Below, piece after piece: positions 26,657 through 33,479 of a DNA stretch of 37,483 nt. A program made the position numbers and the translations under genes. Source of the DNA: Acidobacteriota bacterium. GTDB taxonomy: Bacteria; Acidobacteriota; Blastocatellia; Pyrinomonadales; Pyrinomonadaceae. How positions within the stretch are numbered: the first letter of the stretch is position 1; each line of letters opens with the position of its first letter. The notes beneath the pieces were generated by a model. It ran no database searches. It saw only the letters and a program-made list of their open reading frames with translations, and was not told the origin of the DNA. Where the stretch lies: NCBI GenBank assembly GCA_020201365.1, contig JAIVGV010000277.1, forward strand, positions 1-37,483, written 5' to 3'.

Positions 26657-27532
26657 ATGGTTGCCGAAAATTCAGAGACGCGGATCGAGATGAGTTCGCA
26701 CGCCGAGGAGGTGGCGGGCGGCGCGCGGTTCACGTTCGGCGAGAACTGGCGCCGCTTCCTCGCGCTCTTGGACGAGCGGCGCATCGCGGAGGCGGAAGAC
26801 TCCTTGCGGCGGATGCTCGAAGTCGAAAGCCTCGCGGGGAAGAGTTTCCTCGACATCGGATCGGGGAGCGGCTTGTTCAGCCTCGCGGCGCGCAGGCTTG
26901 GTGCGCGCGTCCGCTCGTTCGACTACGATCCGCAGTCGGTCGCGTGCACGCGCGAGCTGCGCCGGCGCTATTTCCCGGAAGACGACCACTGGAAGGTCGG
27001 GGAGGGCTCGGCGCTCGACGAGAATTTTGTGAAGTCGCTCGGGCTATTCGATGTCGTCTATTCGTGGGGCGTGCTGCACCACACGGGCGAGATGTGGCGC
27101 GCGCTGGCGAACGCCGCCGTGCCGGTCGCGCCGGGCGGCAAGCTCTTCGTCGCCATCTACAACGACACGGGCACGCAGGCGGCGCGCTGGAAGTGGATCA
27201 AAAAGACTTACAACCGCCTGCCGAAACTTTTGCGCGCGCCTTACGCCGCGCTCGTCTCCGCGCCCGAAGAGGCGAAGGCGTTGGCGCGCTCTATCGTGCG
27301 TCTGAAGCCGGGCGAGTACGCGCGCACGTGGCGCGCTTACGAGCGCGGGAATCGCGGGATGAGCAAGTGGCGCGACATCGTTGACTGGGTGGGCGGCTAC
27401 CCCTACGAGGTCGCCACGCCCGACCAGATTTTCGACTTCTACCGCGCGCGCGGCTTCGCGCTCAACAAGCTCCACTGCGGCGGAGTGGGCTTGGGCTGCA
27501 ACGAGTTCGTGTTCGAGAAGACGGGCTCCTGA
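26657..27532 (+). CDS. Class I SAM-dependent methyltransferase
   Basis: Motif I FLDIGSGSGLFSLAARRLGA, then VRSFDYD and DVVYSWGVLHH. ATG 26657 lies 8 nt after the upstream stop. Confidence 0.8.
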   Translation: MVAENSETRIEMSSHAEEVAGGARFTFGENWRRFLALLDERRIAEAEDSLRRMLEVESLAGKSFLDIGSGSGLFSLAARRLGARVRSFDYDPQSVACTRELRRRYFPEDDHWKVGEGSALDENFVKSLGLFDVVYSWGVLHHTGEMWRALANAAVPVAPGGKLFVAIYNDTGTQAARWKWIKKTYNRLPKLLRAPYAALVSAPEEAKALARSIVRLKPGEYARTWRAYERGNRGMSKWRDIVDWVGGYPYEVATPDQIFDFYRARGFALNKLHCGGVGLGCNEFVFEKTGS

Positions 27533-27542
27533 AGTTCTCATC

Positions 27543-29117
27543 ATGAGGTCTAAGAGGGTTCTCGCAGTCGCGCTCTCGGTCGCCGCGCTCGGCGCGTGCC
27601 TGATCGTGGCGTTCGCGCAGATGACGCGACCGCGGCGCGCGACCGACGCGGGCGTGCGCGGCGAGATCGTCGTGCGCGCGGGCGGCGACTTGCAGCGCGC
27701 GTTAGATTCCGCGCGCGCTGGCGAAACGCTCGTCCTCGAAGCGGGCGCGACCTTCAAGGGCACGTTCACGCTGCCGAAGAAGGAGGGCGACGAGTTCATC
27801 ACCGTCCGCTCTTCGCGCGCCGGGGAGTTGCGCGAGGGCGCGCGCGTCTCGCCCGCGGACGCGCCGCTCATGCCGAAGCTGCTGGCTCCGGGTCGCGGCG
27901 CGGCGGCTTTGCAGACCGCGCCGGGCGCGCACCACTGGCGTCTCGTCGGTCTGGAGATCGCGCAGCCCGACGCCGCGACGGTCGTCTTCGATCTCGTCAA
28001 GCTCGGCGACGGGAGCAGCGCGCAAGACACGCTCGCGAAAGTCCCGCACCACATCACGGTTGATCGCTGCTACGTCCACGCGGCGGACGCGGGCGAGGCG
28101 AAGCGCGGCGTCTCCTTGCAGAGCGCGGACACGGAGATCACGAACAGCTACGTCGCGGGCTTCAAGGTGAAGGGGCAGGAGGCGCAGGCGGTCGCGGGCT
28201 GGAACGGACCCGGCCCCTACAACATCATCAACAACTATCTGGAAGGCGCGGGCGAGAACGTCATCTTCGGCGGCGCGGCTGCGTCCGTGCCCGGACTCGT
28301 CCCGACCGGCATCGAGATTCTACGCAACCACCTCGACAAGCCCGTGGCGTGGCGCGGCGTGTACACCGTCAAGAACTCGCTCGAACTCAAGAACGCGCGG
28401 CGCGTGCGCATCGAAGGCAACTTGATCGAGCACTGCTGGCTCGACGCGCAGCAGGGCTACGCGATCCTCTTCACGCCGCGACCGAACGACTCCGGCGCAT
28501 GGGCTGAAGTCTCCGACGTGACGTTCACGAACAACGTCGTGCGCCACGTCGCCGCCGCGTTCGACATCTCCGGCGAGGACTCGTTGTTCACGTCGAACCC
28601 GCGCGAGCGTCGTCTGCACCGCGTGAAAGTCTCGAACAACTTGTTCGAGGACGTTGACCTGACGGCGTGGGGCGGCGACGGCTGCTTCCTGAAACTTCTG
28701 AGCGGCGCGGACTCGGTCGCCTTCGAGCACAACACGATCCTCAGTCGCGGCTGGGCGCTCGTCAAACTCGACGGCGACCCTTCGACCGGCTTCGTCTTCC
28801 GCGACAACGTGGCGCGGCACAACGACTACGGCGTGACCGGCAACAGCGTCGGCTACGGCGCGCGCGCTCTCGAAACTTACGCGCCCGGCGCGGTCTTCAC
28901 CGGCAACGTGATCGCCAGAGAGTTCAACGCGCCTTGGAACACCGAGCAGGTCTATCCGCCCGGCAACAAGTTCCCCGCGAGCCTGAAAGAGGTGCTCGCG
29001 GGCGTGGACGCGGGCGACTACCGCGTGAAGCCCAACTCGAAATACAAGCGCTCAGCCAGCGACGGCAGAGACGCGGGCTGCGACTTCGATCAACTCGAAG
29101 CCGCGACGAAGAGTTGA
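27543..29117 (+). CDS. Secreted right-handed parallel beta-helix protein (putative polysaccharide lyase, epimerase or hydrolase); paralog of the N-terminal 520 aa of 33480-36272
   Basis: Signal peptide MRSKRVLAVALSVAALGACLIVAFAQ. Repetitive N-rich turn motifs (ITNSYV, IINNYLEGAGENVIFGG, FTNNVVRH, VSNNLFED, EHNTIL, FRDNVARHNDYGV). Collinear with the other paralog along its whole length. Confidence 0.7.
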   Translation: MRSKRVLAVALSVAALGACLIVAFAQMTRPRRATDAGVRGEIVVRAGGDLQRALDSARAGETLVLEAGATFKGTFTLPKKEGDEFITVRSSRAGELREGARVSPADAPLMPKLLAPGRGAAALQTAPGAHHWRLVGLEIAQPDAATVVFDLVKLGDGSSAQDTLAKVPHHITVDRCYVHAADAGEAKRGVSLQSADTEITNSYVAGFKVKGQEAQAVAGWNGPGPYNIINNYLEGAGENVIFGGAAASVPGLVPTGIEILRNHLDKPVAWRGVYTVKNSLELKNARRVRIEGNLIEHCWLDAQQGYAILFTPRPNDSGAWAEVSDVTFTNNVVRHVAAAFDISGEDSLFTSNPRERRLHRVKVSNNLFEDVDLTAWGGDGCFLKLLSGADSVAFEHNTILSRGWALVKLDGDPSTGFVFRDNVARHNDYGVTGNSVGYGARALETYAPGAVFTGNVIAREFNAPWNTEQVYPPGNKFPASLKEVLAGVDAGDYRVKPNSKYKRSASDGRDAGCDFDQLEAATKS

Positions 29118-29153
29118 GCTGAAAAATTTTTTGGCGACGCGACAAGCCATGTT

Positions 29154-29171
29154 GCGCCCCTCGCGGGGCGC
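29154..29171. terminator. GC-rich hairpin GCGCCCC-TCGC-GGGGCGC between convergent genes; possible bidirectional terminator, no U-tract
   Basis: Perfect 7-bp stem read directly. An A5T6 palindrome (29122-29132) lies just upstream. Confidence 0.35.
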
Positions 29172-29204
29172 GAAGTCGTGTGACGCGCGCGCCGCCGCCG
29201 TGCG

Positions 29205-30602
29205 CTACAACAACTCGCGCACGATCCCTTCAAACTTCCCAGCCAAGTGCGTCGCCTCGTACTCGCGCCTCACGTCGGCGTCGCCCCACGGCCGCGGGTC
29301 GCGGCATCGCGCGCGCAGGTATTCGAGAAAATTTTTCAGCGCGTCGGCTCCGGCGCGCGCGTCCGCCGGGTCAGCCGCCCAGCCGCCGAGACCCTCGATG
29401 AGCGCGCGCGCCGCGCCGCGAGGCGTGAAGCCGAAGACGGGTCGCGCCGCGCCGAGATAATCAATCAGCTTCGAGGGCAGGAAGACCGAGACGTCGGCGG
29501 GCGCGTCGATGATGAGCAGCCCGTCCGCCTCCGCCATCAGGCGCAGACTCTCGCGGTAGCCGACGGGCGGAGTCGTCACGACGAGACCCGCGCGCAGATC
29601 GCCGACGCCCGCGCGCGCGACGAGCGACGGATCGGTGACGCCGACGAGCGCGAACGTCACGCCGCGCAGCGACGATTCGTCGGTCGCGGTGAGCAACGCG
29701 AGCGAATCCAACAGGGGCGCGGGCGTGCGCGCGCCGTAAAAATTTCCGACGTGGCGGACGACGATGCGCGCGTCCTCGTCGCCGCGCGCCGCCCCGTTAA
29801 CAGCTTCGCGCGCCGCTTCGTGATCCTCGGCGCGCGCTCCCCCGCCGTGGCGTGCCCGTCCGTCATCGCTTCTCGCCGCGTCGTCATCTTCGCGCGCGGC
29901 GGGCGGCGGGTAGAGTCGCGGGTCGAAGCACTGCGGGAGCACGCGCGACTTCGCGCGCCAGCCGCGCGGGTACTTCGACATGACGAGCTCGACCGTCTCG
30001 GCTGAGGTGAAGATGAGTCGGTCGGCGGACTCGCAGACGGCGCGCTCGGCGGCGAGGTTGAAGTCGCGCGTGCGTGCGTCGGTCGAGTGGAAGGGATTGT
30101 CAACCCACGGATCGCTGAAGTGCGCGATCCACGGCGCGCGGAAAATTTTTTTTAGCTCGAGACCGACGAGGTGATCGGTCGTCGGTTGGCTGAAAGATAC
30201 GATTGCGTCGGGCGCGTACTGATTCGCGCGCGCGTAATGCTCGACCGCCCGCAGCGCGTCGCGCTTCCATGCGACGTACTGATCGGGTCGGCGATTCCAG
30301 CGATTCCACAGCGCGCGGCTGAAGCGATGCGCGGCGGCGTTGGCGTATGCGCGCGCGAGAGAGATGGAGAAGGGGACGCGCAAGATCGCTTCGAGGCGCG
30401 CGGCGGCGTCAGGCTCTAACGTCGCATCTTTGCGCGCGGCGCGCTCGTCGGCGCAGACGAGGACGGTGCTGAACGGGACGTACTTGAGCAGGCGCGCGAC
30501 CTGAATCGAGCGCGGGTAGGCGAGCGGCGGGAAGGCGAACGAGACCGCCAGCAGTTTTGTCGCCGAGTCTCGATCCGTCGGCGCGACGCTGTTCGACCGC
30601 AT
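29205..30602 (-). CDS. GT-B fold (GT4-like) glycosyltransferase with an acidic low-complexity insertion
   Basis: LLAVSFAFPPLAYPRSIQVARLLKY N-terminus. C-terminal half VRHVGNFYG...LVGV...SVFLPSKLIDYLGAARPVFGFTP is typical of the GT4 donor-binding domain. Start is ATG 30602 or 30644. The rest of the 848-aa track ORF is an antisense shadow of the asnB-like gene. Confidence 0.65.
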   Translation of the reverse strand: MRSNSVAPTDRDSATKLLAVSFAFPPLAYPRSIQVARLLKYVPFSTVLVCADERAARKDATLEPDAAARLEAILRVPFSISLARAYANAAAHRFSRALWNRWNRRPDQYVAWKRDALRAVEHYARANQYAPDAIVSFSQPTTDHLVGLELKKIFRAPWIAHFSDPWVDNPFHSTDARTRDFNLAAERAVCESADRLIFTSAETVELVMSKYPRGWRAKSRVLPQCFDPRLYPPPAAREDDDAARSDDGRARHGGGARAEDHEAAREAVNGAARGDEDARIVVRHVGNFYGARTPAPLLDSLALLTATDESSLRGVTFALVGVTDPSLVARAGVGDLRAGLVVTTPPVGYRESLRLMAEADGLLIIDAPADVSVFLPSKLIDYLGAARPVFGFTPRGAARALIEGLGGWAADPADARAGADALKNFLEYLRARCRDPRPWGDADVRREYEATHLAGKFEGIVRELL

Positions 30603-30779
30603 CGCGCAAGCAAAGCGCAGGCGCGCGTCGGCTGTCAAGAACATTCGTCGCGCGTCATCGCGCCGCGATGTGGTATGTTCGTCAGAAGCGGCGCGGGTCG
30701 TCGCGCGTCGTTCCAGAAGCCGCGCGGGTGCGGGTTCGTCGCAGCGGTCGGCGTTAGAGTCGGCAACAGAAATCGAAAG

Positions 30780-32690
30780 ATGTGCGGGATTGTCGGAATA
30801 GTCGGTGAGCTGCCGCGCGCGGAGGCGTCTGCGGTCGTGCGGCGCATGAACGAGTCGATCTTCCACCGCGGACCTGACGAGGGCGGCGAGTGGGCGGACG
30901 ACGGCTTCGCGTTCGGGATGCGCCGCCTCTCGATCATAGACCTCGCGGGCGGTCACCAGCCGATGTGGGACGAGCCGACGCGGACGGGCGTCGTCTTCAA
31001 CGGCGAGATCTACAACTACCGCGCTTTGCGCGAACGACTCGAAGCGCGCGGCGTCACGGGCTGGGCGACGCGCAGCGATACGGAAGTTGTGCTGCGGACT
31101 CTCGTCGAGGACGGCGAAGCGGGCATACACACCTGGAACGGCATGTTCGCCGTCGCCGCGTGGGACGCGCGCGCGAAAAAGTTGACGCTCGTGCGCGACC
31201 GGATGGGCGTCAAGCCGCTCTACTACTTTTGGGACGGGAAAAATTTTCTCTTCGCCTCGGAGATCAAGGCGCTGCTCGCGTCCGGGCTCGTCGCGCGGCG
31301 CGTGAATCGGCAAGCCGTGTGGGACTACCTGACGTTCCGCTACGTGCCGGAGCCCGAAACGGTCTGGGAGGACGTGCGCAAACTCCCGCCCGGACACCTG
31401 CTGCGCTTCGGGCGCGGCGGCGAGCCGCAGGTCGTCCGCTACTGGGAGAGCGATGTCGTGGCGGACGAGCGCGAGCCGCGCGACGACGCGGAAGTGGAGC
31501 GCGAGTTCGCCGCGCTGTTCGAGGACGCGGTGAATCTGCGGCTCGTCGCGTCGGACGTGCCGGTGGGAGTTTTCCTGAGCGGCGGTTTGGATTCGAGCGC
31601 GATCGCGGCGGCGGCGGTCGAGCAGGGGCACCAGAACTTTCACACCTTCTCGGTCGGCTTCGACGACGGCGGCGACGACGATGAGCTGCCCTTCGCGCGG
31701 CGCGTCGCCGAGCACGTCGGCGCGCGGCATCATGAAGTCGTCGTTAATCAAAAGCAGTTTCTCGACGAACTGCCGGAAGTCGTGCGCGCGGCTGACGAGC
31801 CGTTAGCCGATCTCACGCTCGTGCCGCTGCTCGCCGTCTCGCGGCTCGCGCGGCGTGACGTGAAGGTCGTGCTCTCCGGCGAGGGGAGCGACGAGATTCT
31901 GGCGGGCTACAACCTGGATCAGATGGAGCGCGAGTGGGATCGCGTGCGGGCGATTCAGGGGCGCGTGCCGCGCGCGGTGCTCGCGTCGGGCGCGGTGCTC
32001 TCGAAGATCGGTCGGGCGCGCGGCGTCGGTCAGAAGTTCGAGAAGCTCGCGGGCGTGCCGCTCGCCGAGTGGAACAGGCGCGCGCTGCCGCACATGACGC
32101 GCTACTTCGATCAGGGTGAGAAAGAGAACTTGTGGCGGGGCGAGTCGCACGCGGATTCGGATCGCATCCTCGAAGCGCAGTACGCGGCGGCGCGATCAAA
32201 CGATCCGCTGCAACAGTTGCTCGCCGTCTATCAGAAGTCCTGGCTCGTCGAAGACCTGTTGATGAAGGCTGACAAGATGACGATGGCGACCTCGCTCGAA
32301 GCGCGCACGCCGTTTCTGGACTTCCGCTTGGTCGAGTGGGCGAACCGACAGCCGAACCGCGTGAAGGTCAGGCGCGAGCGTTCCGGCCTCTACACGACGA
32401 AGAGCGTGCTGCGCCGCTTCTGCGCGACTCGTCTGCCGCGCGAAATCCTCACGCGCCCGAAAAAAGGTTTCCCCGTCCCCGCCTACCGCTGGCTGCGCGA
32501 GGGGCTCGACTCGTGGGCGCGCGACACGCTGCTCGGCGCGGAGAGCCGACTCGCGCGCGCGTTCGACCGCGAAGCCGTGAGCCGCACCGTCGAAGACGCG
32601 CGGCAGGGAATCGGCGACGCGAGACACCGCGTGTGGCTGCTCCTCATACTCGAAACTTGGCTGCGCGTTTGGGACGCACAACTCGCGTGA
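30780..32690 (+). CDS. Asparagine synthase family glutamine amidotransferase, paralog 3
   Basis: MCGIVGIVG at ATG 30780 (the catalytic Cys must be residue 2, so the track extension from 30675 is rejected). RGPDEGG, RRLSIIDLAGGHQPM, FNGEIYNY, PP-loop FLSGGLDSS. Confidence 0.9.
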   Translation: MCGIVGIVGELPRAEASAVVRRMNESIFHRGPDEGGEWADDGFAFGMRRLSIIDLAGGHQPMWDEPTRTGVVFNGEIYNYRALRERLEARGVTGWATRSDTEVVLRTLVEDGEAGIHTWNGMFAVAAWDARAKKLTLVRDRMGVKPLYYFWDGKNFLFASEIKALLASGLVARRVNRQAVWDYLTFRYVPEPETVWEDVRKLPPGHLLRFGRGGEPQVVRYWESDVVADEREPRDDAEVEREFAALFEDAVNLRLVASDVPVGVFLSGGLDSSAIAAAAVEQGHQNFHTFSVGFDDGGDDDELPFARRVAEHVGARHHEVVVNQKQFLDELPEVVRAADEPLADLTLVPLLAVSRLARRDVKVVLSGEGSDEILAGYNLDQMEREWDRVRAIQGRVPRAVLASGAVLSKIGRARGVGQKFEKLAGVPLAEWNRRALPHMTRYFDQGEKENLWRGESHADSDRILEAQYAAARSNDPLQQLLAVYQKSWLVEDLLMKADKMTMATSLEARTPFLDFRLVEWANRQPNRVKVRRERSGLYTTKSVLRRFCATRLPREILTRPKKGFPVPAYRWLREGLDSWARDTLLGAESRLARAFDREAVSRTVEDARQGIGDARHRVWLLLILETWLRVWDAQLA

Positions 32691-32800
32691 GTCGCCTTCC
32701 GAAAACTGCAAAAAACCTCAGCAATTTTCACAAAATAGGGGTGTGAGCGGATGCGCTTCCGGGCAGTCTGACCGATTAAAGAGTTTAACGGAGAGACCTA

Positions 32801-32829
32801 TTGACAAACAATCGGCGGAACGGTTAAAT
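32801..32829 (+). promoter_or_regulatory. Sigma-70-like promoter candidate: consensus TTGACA, 17-nt spacer, TTAAAT
   Basis: Hexamers and spacing counted directly, in the AT-richest stretch of the window. Located ~70-95 nt upstream of the first riboswitch-like element. Confidence 0.4.
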
Positions 32830-32896
32830 ACTTGTGGCAGTTGCTTGCGACGCCGTTCGTAGCAAGCGACGTGATCTTTCGCAAGGCGACGATTGT

Positions 32897-33008
32897 ACAC
32901 GATAAGGGCAAACCTGCCGCGAGGCAGGGACGCAAAGCCGTGAGTCTCCGTCGAAGGCGTGACGCATCATCCGCGCCGACGCACGCGAGACAGTCTGGTT
33001 GCCGAAGG
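32897..33008 (+). promoter_or_regulatory. c-di-GMP-I (GEMM-I) riboswitch aptamer candidate, copy 1
   Basis: AAGGGCAAACC-TGCC-GCGA-GGCA-GGGACGCAAAGCC (32904-32939), a 6-bp helix with a GNRA loop flanked by the two conserved junction strands. A second helix follows (GTCTC 32944-48 / GAGAC 32987-91), then GGTTGCCGAAGG (32997-33008). Confidence 0.75.
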
Positions 33009-33033
33009 CAGTCGGAGAAAGCCGCGACTTTAG

Positions 33034-33082
33034 AACCGTCGTGACGGCGCGCCAGAAGACGCGCCACCGCGAGAACGGTTTT
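33034..33082 (+). terminator. Interrupted 16-bp hairpin running into TTTT; candidate expression platform (attenuator) of riboswitch copy 1
   Basis: AACCGT/ACGGTT (6 bp), CGTG/CGCG (4 bp including one G-U) and GGCGCG/CGCGCC (6 bp) around the loop CCAGAAGA. T-run at 33079-33082. Confidence 0.5.
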
Positions 33083-33383
33083 CGAGTTCCTTTCCTCACG
33101 AACGTCAGCCCTACAGAGTCGGTACAGGAACTCGCCCGCTAGTCACGGCAGTAAGAGTCCGCACGCGACCCACGCCCGACCCCATCGGCGTCGAGCGCGC
33201 GGCTCATAGATTTTCCCTCCGAATCCCCTTCCATCAAACACGAGACTTTGCCGGTCATCCTTCCGCCTTCGTCCTGAAGGTTCGCCCGTCTCAGTGTCGC
33301 CGACACTCGCACAGGCTGTACGCGAAGACTCCTTGAGCTTCGTCACGCGCACGCTTCTCCCGCGCGCCGCAGCCGCCACCGAC

Positions 33384-33468
33384 TAAAGGCACCCCCGCAG
33401 CGATGCGGGTCCGCAAAGCCCAGGAGTCTCGCCCACCCCGTCAAGGCGAGATCGTCCGGCTACCGAAG
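33384..33468 (+). promoter_or_regulatory. Divergent c-di-GMP-I-like aptamer candidate, copy 2, abutting the Shine-Dalgarno of the 33480 gene
   Basis: AAAGGCACC-CCCGCA-GCGA-TGCGGG-TCCGCAAAGCC (33386-33420). Helix TCTCGCC (33427-33) / GGCGAGA (33445-51). GGCTACCGAAGAGG (33458-33471) with ATG at 33480. Confidence 0.55.
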
Positions 33469-33479
33469 AGGCAAGAACA

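Noticed and set aside
30603-30779. Extended -10-like TGGTATGTT in the divergent region between the minus-strand GT and asnB paralog 3.
   Set aside because: No acceptable -35 element at 16-18 nt, the sequence is otherwise GC-rich, and orientation and spacing to either start codon are unremarkable. Support is insufficient.
32832-33379. Small ORFs in the riboswitch leader: 32832-33044 (+, 70 aa), 33143-33379 (-, 78 aa), 32798-33099 (-).
   Set aside because: No RBS, Arg/Ala/Ser-rich composition, and no signal peptide or PEP-CTERM-like tail. The 70-aa ORF would be translated straight through the aptamer-like structure.
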